Assembly: GCA_963717505.1 (NCBI GenBank)
Contig: OY970342.1
Span: 1,248,001 to 1,312,000, forward strand
Source of the DNA: Candidatus Eiseniibacteriota bacterium
GTDB lineage: Bacteria > Eisenbacteria > RBG-16-71-46
Direction: 5' to 3'
Length of the DNA: 64,000 nucleotides
Under the pieces are notes generated by a model. It ran no database searches. It was not told the origin of the DNA and worked only from the letters and a program-made list of their open reading frames with translations. Position 1 is the first letter of the stretch; each line of letters begins with the position of its first letter. Below are positions 1-9,470 of this stretch, piece by piece. A program made the position numbers and the translations under genes.

Positions 1-1454
1 CCGACGATGCTCCCACCATCGAGCGAGAGACGCGCCTGGAGCGCGTCGTAACCGGCGTTGTGCACGCGGACACTGCTGTCCCGGAAGCCACCCAGCTCGC
101 GGGCGCCAAGATACAGCGTGTCGATCGGCACCAGCGCGCTCGAGTCGAGCGAGGCCACGGCGTGGTCGAGCACCGTGCCGGTGAGCGAGACGTTCGCAGT
201 CGGCAGATCGACGTCGTCGCTGGCGATCGCGAGGGTCCCAGCCTTGGGGCCGGCAGTCGCCGTCGACATGCCGATCGGGTGGACGTTGCCCGGGGACCCG
301 GTCAGGGCCTCGAACGAACCCGCCGGAGCCGTGAACCCTGCCGGCGGCGTCATCGAATAGGTCAGCGCATCGACCGGCAACAGGGTTCCGACGTTTTCGA
401 CCGTCAGGTTCTGGCTCGCGGCCCCGCCCACGATCGCAGCCCCCAGGTCGAGCGCGGTGACCACGCCGATCTTGGCCGGGAGCTGCAAGGTGGCAACCAC
501 CGGCAGGTGATCGGCGGCCAACTTCAAGGCGTCGGCGACCGCGAGCGGGACGGCGTCATTGCGGCCGTCTTGATTCACCGACTCGTTGAAGTGCTGGCCG
601 TCGTTGCCATAGGGCGCCTGGCTGACGAACTCGACTTTTTGGCCATCGGCCATCGCGTACGAATGAAGGAAGAAATCGAAACGGTCGTCGAGTCCGCCGC
701 CGCTCTGACCTGCAAGGCACCCGGAGGCGCACGGCGCCTGCGAGTGGAAGAAGCGATAGGCGAATTGATTCCAGGTCCCGGGCAACGTGGCGGAATCACG
801 TAGGCGGCCGTCGTCGTCGGCCTGGTCCTCGAGCAGGCGGAGGTAGCCGCCCTCCCAGTCCCCGTAGAAGTTGGTGTCGCCGCCCAGCAGCAGGTTGGGG
901 ATCGCGGGCGACTGCACATTCAGCGTGTTGCGCAGGTTGGTGCACTCGGTTCGCCGCGTCGCCGAATCCGCCAAGGTGTTTCCGGCCTTGAAATGAACGG
1001 AGTAGATGCGCAGGCGGGCCTGGCTGTTGGTGTAGCCGCGCGGAGTGATCACCGCCTGGTAGACGTCGCGTGGTCCCCCAGTGACCAGTCCGGCGAGGTT
1101 GGCGATCCCCGAGACGGTCAACGAGTCGTAGTACAACGTGCTCTCGGTGCTGAGCAGGAATCCCGCGTTCTTCCACACCCGACTCGAATTGGTGTTGCGC
1201 AGCACGTTGATCAGGAAGGAATCGGCGCCGGCTGGCGTCGCCAGTTCCTGCACGATCAGGACGTCGGTATCGAGATTCTGCATGACCGTCCGGAACAGCG
1301 GCTGCCGGGTGCTCAGGGCGCTGCCCGGGTACTGCCAGAGATTCCAGGTCGTGACCTTGAACGCATGCGCCGTCGAGGCCCCGAGCAGCGCGATCCCGAC
1401 GGCGCACCAGACCGGGCCCCGAGGACGTGACTTCCGGCGCATCGTCGGGGGCAT
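1..1454 (-). CDS. Secreted endonuclease/exonuclease/phosphatase (EEP) family protein, 3' end runs off the window; paralog of the upstream gene
   Basis: Not in the ORF track (no stop in window). Hand translation from ATG 1454: signal peptide, then TWN, VQE, HFKA, GGDTNF, GGLDDRFD and ADHLPV EEP motifs, followed by Ig-like segments. Confidence 0.88.
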   Translation of the reverse strand, partial: MPPTMRRKSRPRGPVWCAVGIALLGASTAHAFKVTTWNLWQYPGSALSTRQPLFRTVMQNLDTDVLIVQELATPAGADSFLINVLRNTNSSRVWKNAGFLLSTESTLYYDSLTVSGIANLAGLVTGGPRDVYQAVITPRGYTNSQARLRIYSVHFKAGNTLADSATRRTECTNLRNTLNVQSPAIPNLLLGGDTNFYGDWEGGYLRLLEDQADDDGRLRDSATLPGTWNQFAYRFFHSQAPCASGCLAGQSGGGLDDRFDFFLHSYAMADGQKVEFVSQAPYGNDGQHFNESVNQDGRNDAVPLAVADALKLAADHLPVVATLQLPAKIGVVTALDLGAAIVGGAASQNLTVENVGTLLPVDALTYSMTPPAGFTAPAGSFEALTGSPGNVHPIGMSTATAGPKAGTLAIASDDVDLPTANVSLTGTVLDHAVASLDSSALVPIDTLYLGARELGGFRDSSVRVHNAGYDALQARLSLDGGSIV

Positions 1455-1459
1455 TCGGG

Positions 1460-3477
1460 CTACTTCACGACGGCGAAGCGAACGACCGTGCGCCGCTCGT
1501 CGCCGGTCATGCGCAGGAAGTAGACGCCCGGCCCGAGCGGGGCACCGCCGTCGCGCACTGCCCGCCACGAGAGGGCGTGCCGGCCCGGCTCGAAGCTGCG
1601 ATCCACGGGGGTCGCCACGCGCCGGCCGGCCAGATCGAGGACGTCGAGACGCACCCGTCCGGCACGCGCGAGGTCGAAGCGCAGGGAGGCCGCACCGGAG
1701 AGCGGATTGGGCGCCGGCGCCAGCAATCGGGTGACCGACGGGAGGGGCTGATCGGGCGTCGAGACCGACGGGCTGCGTACGATCCCACGCAGCGCGATCA
1801 CCAGATCGGCGTGGGTTTCGGCGCCGGGCAGCGACTCGTCGGCGCTCGCGATCCGCATCTCGCCCGTGTAGACCACGTCGGGCACGGCGCCGCCTTCGTC
1901 GAAGCGCACGGTGTAGGTCCGACCGACGCCGGCAAGCAGCGCGTCACCGCCGTCGACCACCGTGAACAGCGGGCTGCCGGTGATCGAAGGCTCCTGAACT
2001 TGAAGCCGAGCCTGGTTCGCGTCCCAGCCGAAGTTGTGAATACGAAGGTCACGGTCGGCGAGGGTGCCGGACTCGCCGTCGAACGCGAGGGAGTCGGCCC
2101 CATTGGCGATGACGCTCGAGTCGAGCGAAGCCACCGAGTGATCGAGAATCGTCGCGAACAGGTCGATGTCGTAGAACGGCGCATCGGCAGCGTCCGAGGT
2201 GACCGTCAGAATGCCGGCACGCGGACCCAACTCCCCGGGGTCGTGGCGATGGTGACGATCTCGCTCTGGCCCGGCGGAATCTCGCCGCCCGCGGGGGCGA
2301 GAAAACCCTCGGACGTCGACAGCGTGTAGGTCAGCCCGTCGGCCGGCGCCACGGCGGGGTTCGTGATCGTCAGATCGGCGCTGCCATCCCCGATCAGCGT
2401 GCCGAAATCGAGCTCGACGGCGGCATTCAGGATCGCCGGCAACCGGAGGTCGACGCGGATCGGCAGATGGTCCGCCGACATCTTTAAGGCATTTGCGTAA
2501 GCCGCGCCCTCGGGCAAGGTTGGAGCGTCCGTGATGTTCAGGTTGAAGTGTTGCCCGTCGTTGCCGACCGGAATGTAGGTATTGACCAGGAGTTCGAGCC
2601 CGTTGCCGTCGTTCAGCGCATAGGTGGGCAGGAACATGTCGAAACGATCGTCGAGCCCGCCGGTGGCGGCGCCACTCGCGCACGGGGCGGCGAGGCACGG
2701 ACTCTGGGTGTGGATCGCCGCGAGGCTGGCTGTGTTCCAAGTGCTCGCTGGAGCGTTCAGCGGGTCGTAGAGCCGGCCGTCGTCGTCCGCCTGGCTCTCC
2801 TTGAACTTGAGAAACGCCGGCTCGTTGCCCGTGTAAATGTTGAAGTCGCCCATGAGGATCGCATGGGTGCCGGGCGGCATGGCGTTCATGCTGTCGCGAA
2901 TGCCGATCGCCTCGGCGTGTCGCTGAGCCACATCGCCCGAGGTGTTGCTGGCCTTCAAGTGCTGCGAATACACGCGGAACTCGGCGGCGTCACTCGAGTA
3001 CCCGATCGGCCTCAGGCGATAGCAGTCGACCAAACGAAGGTTGGTCGCTGGATTCGGGTACCAGCTCCAGTGGCCCAGCAACTCGACGCTCGCCGGTTTG
3101 TAGAACAGCGCATTGTTGGTGTCGTTGCCGTCGTTGAAGGGTGCGGCGACCCACTGCCCCGGCTCCATCGTGTTGAGCACGTTGGTGAGAAAGCCGTCGA
3201 CACCGACCTGGCTCTGCATTTCCTGGACGACGACCACCTCGGCGCCGAGCGGCTCGAAGATGGTGCGAAAGAGGGGATTGCGGGTCGGCCCACTGGGGCC
3301 GGGGTAATTCAGGATGTTGTAGTTGACGATCCGGAGCGCCAGGGACTCCGAGGTCGCCATCAGCGCGAAAGCGGCGCTGATCGCCAGGACGCGCGCGATG
3401 GCCGCAGAACTGCGGCGGAATCGCGGGGAAATCGGCAAGAACGAACCGTCACCGGGACGGGCCATATCGGGGGCCAT
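1460..3477 (-). CDS. Secreted EEP-family protein with C-terminal FlgD-Ig/T9SS-like sorting domain; one frameshift near 2235
   Basis: ORF 2206..3477 has YNI, VQE, HLKA, GDFN, DDRFD and ADHLP motifs; ORF 1460..2740 continues with Ig domains and a PNP...DLAGRRV...GVYF tail; the join is at a ccccgggg run needing one extra G. Confidence 0.88.
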
Positions 3478-3665
3478 GCGGTCTCCTGGGAGAAAAGAGC
3501 AGCGATGCCGGCGGCCCGATCGGACCGAGGGGTGGTCCTCGAGGGCGAGACGGTCTCAGCAATGGCTAGCCAGCAGGGATTCTAGCGGGTCGGGGGGTGG
3601 GTCCGGAAGGGTGGGATTGTGGGGGCCGGCGGCCGCTGCGGGTGGCGGCCGCCCAGGGTGCTTCG

Positions 3666-3908
3666 CTATTCGATTAGCACGAAGGCGCAGATCGCCTCGG
3701 CCCCGCCCTGAAACGACGGGTCGTGGGCCGCGAGAATTCGAGCAAACGCACACACCTTGTGCGCCCAGCGGGAGGACCAATCCGGCTGCGGGTCGATCAC
3801 AACCGGGCGCTCGGGCGCGGCGTGGCTCTCGGCCCGCACCGTGCCCGGGGTCAGGAGGATCAAGGCGAGTCCCACGACGCCGACCGCACGGCGAAAGGAT
3901 GTGGACAT
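3666..3908 (-). CDS. Small secreted peptide (80 aa) with C-terminal CX20C hydrophobic core (peptide D)
   Basis: GAGG RBS 7 nt before ATG; Sec-type signal ending VRA; core VCAFARILAAHDPSFQGGAEAICAFVLIE. Confidence 0.75.
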   Translation of the reverse strand: MSTSFRRAVGVVGLALILLTPGTVRAESHAAPERPVVIDPQPDWSSRWAHKVCAFARILAAHDPSFQGGAEAICAFVLIE

Positions 3909-3933
3909 GGACGTGCCTCAGGGGGGCGAGGGA

Positions 3934-4059
3934 TCAGATGTCGTTGGCGATGATGAACGCGCACAGCATGGCGCCACCCCAGCGATCGATCAGGCTGCCG
4001 ATCGACAGGCCATAGGCGCAGACCACCACGCCACACCAGGAAGCCAGGACTTCGTTCAT
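3934..4059 (-). CDS. Short leaderless peptide (41 aa) with CX18C core (peptide C)
   Basis: GAGG 5 nt before ATG 4059; MNEVLASWCGVVVCAYGLSIGSLIDRWGGAMLCAFIIANDI; resembles the peptide D core. Confidence 0.72.
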   Translation of the reverse strand: MNEVLASWCGVVVCAYGLSIGSLIDRWGGAMLCAFIIANDI

Positions 4060-4094
4060 TGGGTCCTCGAGCGCGGGGGCGGGTCCAAGTCGAA

Positions 4095-4373
4095 TCAGCG
4101 TCCGGGGGAGAAATAGTCTTCGAGGTCGACGTGAATCGCGTAGAGACACGCTCCCAACGCGAGCCCGCCGACGCCGGGAACCTCCCAGGCGATCTTCCAA
4201 CTAACTCGGCACACGGCCCAGGACAAGCGGGTTTCGTTGCGCCGGGCTGCCTCGGCATCGGTGGTCGCCGAAGAGCTGTCGGGAGTTTCGGGCGCGGAAT
4301 CGGCGGACCCCACGCGTGCGAACGGCAGCGCGAGCAGGCCCGCGAGGATCAGGGGGGCGAGACGGCGAACCAT
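4095..4373 (-). CDS. Small secreted peptide (92 aa) with C-terminal CX20C core (peptide B)
   Basis: GGAG RBS before ATG 4373; signal peptide, acidic/Ser spacer, core VCRVSWKIAWEVPGVGGLALGACLYAIHVDLED. Confidence 0.75.
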   Translation of the reverse strand: MVRRLAPLILAGLLALPFARVGSADSAPETPDSSSATTDAEAARRNETRLSWAVCRVSWKIAWEVPGVGGLALGACLYAIHVDLEDYFSPGR

Positions 4374-4412
4374 GTGGGGCTCCATCCCGGGGGACGACGG
4401 CGGGGGCGTGAC

Positions 4413-4541
4413 TCAGAGATTGTCGAGGGCTTCCAGTACGTGAAGCACCAGGCACGCGAGACCACTCGCGGCGCCGACGATCGGGATCCAGCGAAGCGGG
4501 CTTTCGAGGCTGCAGAGGGCGGCGATGGCCCCGTTGAACAT
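4413..4541 (-). CDS. Short leaderless peptide (42 aa) with CX19C core (peptide A); below the ORF-track cutoff
   Basis: GGAGG RBS 7 nt before ATG 4541; MFNGAIAALCSLESPLRWIPIVGAASGLACLVLHVLEALDNL; resembles the peptide B core. Confidence 0.72.
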   Translation of the reverse strand: MFNGAIAALCSLESPLRWIPIVGAASGLACLVLHVLEALDNL

Positions 4542-4668
4542 GACGATACCTCCGGGGGATGGGTCACCGGGGGCGGTGTCGACCGGCGGGCGGGATGTCC
4601 GTGGGTCGACGTCACCGGCGGGGCAAGTCGGGGTGACGGCGCCGCTACCGGTTGGAGTCGCCGCTACA

Positions 4669-4683
4669 GCACGGCGCGTGCCG
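4669..4683 (-). promoter_or_regulatory. Sigma-54 (-24/-12) promoter candidate for the four-peptide cluster
   Basis: Minus strand CGGCACGCGCCGTGC = GG-N10-GC, ~130 nt upstream of peptide A. Confidence 0.55.
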
Positions 4684-4740
4684 GGCGAGCCAACTCGATG
4701 GGGGCAATTCCCGCCGCGATCGAGCCCGACCCAGGAAGGC

Positions 4741-5505
4741 TCAGCGCGTGTCGCCGTTCCCGCGCACGCGATCCCACAGGATTTTCAGCGGATCGTAGAA
4801 CCGATCCACCACCCGCTCCTTGAGCGGGATGATCGCGTTGTCGGTGATGTGAATGCTCTCGGGGCAGACCTCGGTGCAGCACTTGGTGATGTTGCACAGG
4901 CCGAGGCCACCTTCGTCGCGCACGAACTTCAGCCGATCGGCGCCGTCGATGGGGTGCATCTCGAGCCCGGCGATGCGCACGAAGAAGCGAGGTCCGGCGA
5001 ACTGGTGCTTGAGTTCGTGGCTGCGCAGCACGTGACACACGTTCTGGCACAGGAAGCACTCGATGCACTTGCGGAATTCCTGGGCGCGGTCGACGTCTTT
5101 CTGCTCCCAGCGCCACTCGGCGCCGGCGCGCGGCGTGAACGGCTGAATGCGCTGGTTGACCTCGTAGTTCCACGACACGTCGGTCACCAGGTCCTTGATG
5201 ATCGGGAAGGTCTTCATCGGCCGCACCGCCACCGGCTGGTCGTGCGGCATGTGGTCGAGCCTGGACTTGCACATCAGCGCCGGCTTGCCGTTGACCTCGG
5301 CGCTGCACGAGCCGCACTTGGCCGCCTTGCAGTTCCAGCGCACCGCGAGATCCGGGGCCTTGTGCCCCTGAATCCAGTGAATCGCGTCGAGCACGACCAT
5401 TCCGGGCTCGACCGGCACGTCGTAGCTCTCCATGTGGCCGCCGGAGGCGTCGCCGCGAAACACCTGCATCTGGATCTTCCGGTTCGCCGTCGCAGTGTCG
5501 CTCAT
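4741..5505 (-). CDS. sdhB: Succinate dehydrogenase/fumarate reductase iron-sulfur subunit
   Basis: Starts MSDTATANRK with ATGA overlap on the sdhA stop; CKAAKCGSC, CIECFLCQNVC and CNITKCCTEVCP cluster motifs. Confidence 0.95.
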   Translation of the reverse strand: MSDTATANRKIQMQVFRGDASGGHMESYDVPVEPGMVVLDAIHWIQGHKAPDLAVRWNCKAAKCGSCSAEVNGKPALMCKSRLDHMPHDQPVAVRPMKTFPIIKDLVTDVSWNYEVNQRIQPFTPRAGAEWRWEQKDVDRAQEFRKCIECFLCQNVCHVLRSHELKHQFAGPRFFVRIAGLEMHPIDGADRLKFVRDEGGLGLCNITKCCTEVCPESIHITDNAIIPLKERVVDRFYDPLKILWDRVRGNGDTR

Positions 5506-7322
5506 CCGACCTTCTCCTTGGCGGGCTCGAACAGAACTTTCAGCTCCTCGGGCATCACGGGCAGCGGCGTCGGCCCAACATTCATCCCGGCACCACTCAG
5601 CCGCGCGCACATGTTCACCGTCGAGAACTCGGCGCTCGGTTTGGGGAAGTCGAGGCGTGAATGCGCACCGCGGCTCTCCTTGCGAAGCAACGCGCTGCGA
5701 GCGATGACTTCGGACACCGTGATCAGACGCAGCAGGTCGCGGCTCATGTGCCAGCCCGGGTGGAAGACCCGCGAGCCCTCGACACGCACCGTCTGCGCCC
5801 GGCGCTTGATCTCGGCCAGCTCGCCGATCACCGCCTCGAGGTCGGATTGTATCCGGAAGATCCCGACTCGGGTCTGCATGGTCTTCTGCAGGTCGCGGTG
5901 CACCGCGTACGGGCTCTCGCCCTGCGCGCGCTCGAACGGCGCCAGCATCAGGCGGATCTCGTCGTGGACTTCGGGCTCGCTGACGCTCGGTGCGGAGGCG
6001 AGTCCCTTGGCGTACTGCGCGGCCGCGAGCCCGGCCCGGCGGCCGAACACGATCAGGTCCGACAGCGAGTTCCCTCCCAGACGATTGGCGCCGTGCAATC
6101 CGGCGGCGACTTCGCCGGCGGCGTAGAGACCGGGCACGGTCGCCGCCGCGGTGTCGGGCTCGACCCGAATGCCACCCATCATGTAGTGCATGGTCGGGCC
6201 GACTTCCATCGGCTGCTTGGTGATGTCGACGTCGGCCAGCTCCATGAACTGGTGGTACATCGACGGCAGCTTCTTCTGCACGCGGTCGGACGGCATGTAG
6301 CTGATGTCGAGGTAGGCACCACCGTGCGGCGTGCCACGACCTTCCTTGACCTCGGTGTAGATCGCACGCGCGACGTTGTCGCGGGTCGAAAGCTCGGGCG
6401 GGCGGCGTGCTTCCGTCTGGCGTCCGGCAACCGCGGCCTCGACCCAGGCGCGCGCTTCGGCCTCGTCTTCGGCGTACTCGTGCTTGCGCTCCTCGGGCAG
6501 GTACTTCCACATGAAGCGCTCGCCCTTCTGGTTGCGCAGGATGCCGCCCTCGCCGCGCACACCCTCGGTGACCAGGATGCCCATGACGCCCGGCGGCCAC
6601 ACCATGCCGGTCGGGTGGAACTGGACGAACTCCATGTCGATCAGCTCGGCGCCCGACTCGAACGCCAGCGACTGCCCGTCGCCGGTGTATTCCCACGAGT
6701 TGGAGGTGATCTGGAATGCCTTGCCGACGCCGCCGGTGGCGAGCACAATCGCTCTTGCTCGGAACAGCACGAACGTGCCGGTGGCGCGCCAGTAGCCGAC
6801 CGCACCCGCGATTCGCCCGCCGTCGAGGAACAGCCGCGTGATCGCGCACTCCATGTAGGTCTGAATGCCCTGATGTACGGCACGGTCCTGCAACGTGCGG
6901 ATCATCTCGAGCCCGGTGCGATCGCCGACGTGCGCCAGACGCTTCCAGGTGTGACCGCCGAACGCGCGCTGGAGAATCTTGCCGTCCTCGGTGCGATCGA
7001 ACAGCGCGCCCCAGTGCTCGAGCTCGCGAACGCGATCAGGTGCTTCCATCGCGTGGAGCTGCGCCATGCGCCAGTGATTGAGGAACGACCCGCCCTTCAT
7101 GGTGTCGCGGAAGTGAGTCTGCCAATCATCCTGGGGATCGACGTGGGCCAGTGCCGCAGCGACCCCGCCCTCGGCCATCACCGTGTGCGCCTTGCCGAGC
7201 AGCGATTTGGTCACGAGTCCGACCGAAGCACCTTGGGCCGCGGCCTCGATCGCGGCGCGCAGCCCGGCGCCGCCGGCGCCGATCACCAGAACGTCGTGTT
7301 CGTGGACTTCGTACTTCTCCAT
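5502..7322 (-). CDS. sdhA: Succinate dehydrogenase/fumarate reductase flavoprotein subunit
   Basis: GAGGAG FAD motif, KAHTVMAEGG covalent-FAD His, QFHPTG, HYMMGG, HGANRLGGNSL, ESRGAHSR. Confidence 0.97.
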   Translation of the reverse strand: MEKYEVHEHDVLVIGAGGAGLRAAIEAAAQGASVGLVTKSLLGKAHTVMAEGGVAAALAHVDPQDDWQTHFRDTMKGGSFLNHWRMAQLHAMEAPDRVRELEHWGALFDRTEDGKILQRAFGGHTWKRLAHVGDRTGLEMIRTLQDRAVHQGIQTYMECAITRLFLDGGRIAGAVGYWRATGTFVLFRARAIVLATGGVGKAFQITSNSWEYTGDGQSLAFESGAELIDMEFVQFHPTGMVWPPGVMGILVTEGVRGEGGILRNQKGERFMWKYLPEERKHEYAEDEAEARAWVEAAVAGRQTEARRPPELSTRDNVARAIYTEVKEGRGTPHGGAYLDISYMPSDRVQKKLPSMYHQFMELADVDITKQPMEVGPTMHYMMGGIRVEPDTAAATVPGLYAAGEVAAGLHGANRLGGNSLSDLIVFGRRAGLAAAQYAKGLASAPSVSEPEVHDEIRLMLAPFERAQGESPYAVHRDLQKTMQTRVGIFRIQSDLEAVIGELAEIKRRAQTVRVEGSRVFHPGWHMSRDLLRLITVSEVIARSALLRKESRGAHSRLDFPKPSAEFSTVNMCARLSGAGMNVGPTPLPVMPEELKVLFEPAKEKVG

Positions 7323-7346
7323 GCGCCGAGTCCCTGTCGCCCGTGC

Positions 7347-8249
7347 CTAGAGCCCGAGTGGCGTTGAAGTGGTGAACAGATCGAACGGGAAGATCACCCA
7401 GTCCTGAATGACTCCCATCGAGCACAGGCGAACGTAGAGATCGGCGAAGCAGACGCCGCCGAGACTCCACCATGCCCAGCCCATGTGGTGCTCGTTGAGG
7501 GCACTGACCACGCTCCAGGTCTTGTGGCGTGGCCCGCCGGCCGCGACGCACGAGAAGCAGTCGAGCTTCCCGCCGATCAGGTGGCGCAGCGAGTGGCACG
7601 ACAGCGTGTACATGGTCAGGAGCCCAGTGCTCGCCAGGATCGCCAGCGTGCCGCCGCCGATGCCGAAGCGCGTGCCGGTCGGGGTCACGAAGATTGCGGC
7701 TTTGATCACGTCCCACCACAGAATGACGAGGATGATGAGCGCCGCATAGAGGAAGTAGCGGTGCACGTTCTGCAGGATGAACGGGAACTTGGTCTCGCCG
7801 CAGTAGTCCTGCGGCCGCTCGCCAACCGCGCAGGCGACCGGGTCGGCGAAGAACGACCGGTAGTAGGCCTTGCGGTAGTAGTAGCAGGTGGTGCGGAAGC
7901 CGAGCGGGAAGATCAGGATCAGGAGCGCCGGCGAGAACCACTGCGGCAGCCACGACGGGCGGATGTAGGGCGAGAAGAACGGCGACAAATAGTGTCGGCC
8001 GTTTTCGAGGTAATGGTGGTGGCCCTCGCCGAGGATCGCGGCGTAGTTGGCGTAGCCGATCAGGAGTACCAGCCCGGTGGCCTGGAGAACCGGGATCAGC
8101 CACCAGAGGTCGGTGCGGTCGGTCTGGCCGAAGGATTCCTGGGCACCGCGGCCAGGGTGGGCGCCCTTGGGCGTTGCGCCGGTTGTGCTTGGCCCACGCA
8201 TTGAGCCGGCGGCAGCACCTCCCGACCAGCGACGATCGCGATCAGCCAT
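7347..8249 (-). CDS. SDH membrane anchor of the mycobacterial Sdh1 (Rv0249c-like) type
   Basis: Multi-TM protein first in the sdh operon; TCYYYRKAYYR, QNVHRYF, SCHSLRH and NEHHM motifs. Confidence 0.85.
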   Translation of the reverse strand: MADRDRRWSGGAAAGSMRGPSTTGATPKGAHPGRGAQESFGQTDRTDLWWLIPVLQATGLVLLIGYANYAAILGEGHHHYLENGRHYLSPFFSPYIRPSWLPQWFSPALLILIFPLGFRTTCYYYRKAYYRSFFADPVACAVGERPQDYCGETKFPFILQNVHRYFLYAALIILVILWWDVIKAAIFVTPTGTRFGIGGGTLAILASTGLLTMYTLSCHSLRHLIGGKLDCFSCVAAGGPRHKTWSVVSALNEHHMGWAWWSLGGVCFADLYVRLCSMGVIQDWVIFPFDLFTTSTPLGL

Positions 8250-8378
8250 GTGCGCTCTCCGGTTTTTCGACGGCGAAGGTCACACGAGGGAAACCGACCT
8301 CGGACCATACCACCGGGTTTGTGGAGGCCAAAGTCGCGCACACTCCGCGACGGTCCGCTACTCGGCTTCGCCGCCCCG

Positions 8379-9470
8379 TTAGCGCACGAACACTCGCGCC
8401 AGTCCGTAAGCCACCAGCGCCAGGAACACCCACTGCGCGGCACCCGCGGCGAGCGGCCTCACCCCCGCCGCCCGCAGCTCGCCGAAGCGAATCTGCAGTC
8501 CGACTCCCGCCATGCCGACGCACAAGAGCCAAAGATCCGCGCGCTGGATGAACGCGACCCACTCCTTGGGAATCACTCCCAGCGAGTTGATCGCCGTGAA
8601 GATCACGAACGCGGCCAGGAACCACGGCGCCGGGCTCACGTGTGCCGTGCCGGCCGCGACGTGGCGGCGGCGCAGCATCCAGCCGAGGTAGAGGACCACC
8701 GGGGCCAACAACGCGATCCGCGCGAGTTTGACCACGGTCGCGACGCGCGCGGCTTCGTCGCTGACGCCGAAGCCGGCCGCCACCACCTGCGCCATCTCGT
8801 GCAGCGTGGCGCCGTCCCACACGCCGAAGAAGAAGTCGGTCATGCCGAGGGCCGCGGCGATCAGCGGGTAGACCAGAATCCCGATGGTGCCGAGCAGCGT
8901 GATCACGCCGAGCGAGATTGCGGCGTCGCGTTTCTCGCCCTGGACGACTGAATCCGCGGCGACCACGGCCGAGGCGCCGCAGATGGCGCCACCGACCCCG
9001 AGGAGCAGGCCCATTTTTTCGGGTATCCCAAATCGGCGTGACACCCACCAGCCGAAGAACAGCGCGGCGAAGGTCGAGAGCACGACCACGCCGAGTGCCG
9101 GGCCGCCGATCCGCACCAGCTCACCGAGGCTCAGGCGAAATCCGAGTCCGGCGACCGCCCAACGCAGCAAAGGTCGTTGCGCGAGCCTCAGTCCCGGCTC
9201 GAGCGCCGGCGGCAGGCGCACCGTCGAGCCCACGATCATTCCCAGCACGATCACGAGCAACAGCGCGCTCAGGTGCAGCGTGTCCTTGATCCACGGCTGA
9301 TCGGCGAGCAGGAAAGCGGCGGTCGCAAGCACGACGCACGCGGCCAGCCCGGGAATGATTCGGCGCCACTCCGCGACGGGCGGGGTGGCGCCGGAAGACT
9401 TGGTTGCGCCGGTCGACAATGATGAGCCGGCGGAGGGCGCTTCGCCGGGCGACGTCGATGCGGCGCTCAC
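8379..9470 (-). CDS. YeiH/PSE family putative sulfate exporter
   Basis: About 10 TM helices; ICGASA, ATVVKLARI and MAGVGL signatures. Confidence 0.9.
   Translation of the reverse strand: MSAASTSPGEAPSAGSSLSTGATKSSGATPPVAEWRRIIPGLAACVVLATAAFLLADQPWIKDTLHLSALLLVIVLGMIVGSTVRLPPALEPGLRLAQRPLLRWAVAGLGFRLSLGELVRIGGPALGVVVLSTFAALFFGWWVSRRFGIPEKMGLLLGVGGAICGASAVVAADSVVQGEKRDAAISLGVITLLGTIGILVYPLIAAALGMTDFFFGVWDGATLHEMAQVVAAGFGVSDEAARVATVVKLARIALLAPVVLYLGWMLRRRHVAAGTAHVSPAPWFLAAFVIFTAINSLGVIPKEWVAFIQRADLWLLCVGMAGVGLQIRFGELRAAGVRPLAAGAAQWVFLALVAYGLARVFVR

Noticed and set aside
2225-2245. Programmed frameshift or phase-variable tract in the EEP gene
   Set aside because: The run is only 4 nt and similar single-base shifts occur in many unrelated genes, favouring assembly error
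3666-4541. Classical RiPP (lanthipeptide/sactipeptide) or double-glycine bacteriocin cluster
   Set aside because: No modifying enzyme or peptidase-containing ABC transporter adjacent, and the GG lies inside the Cys-Cys core rather than ending a leader
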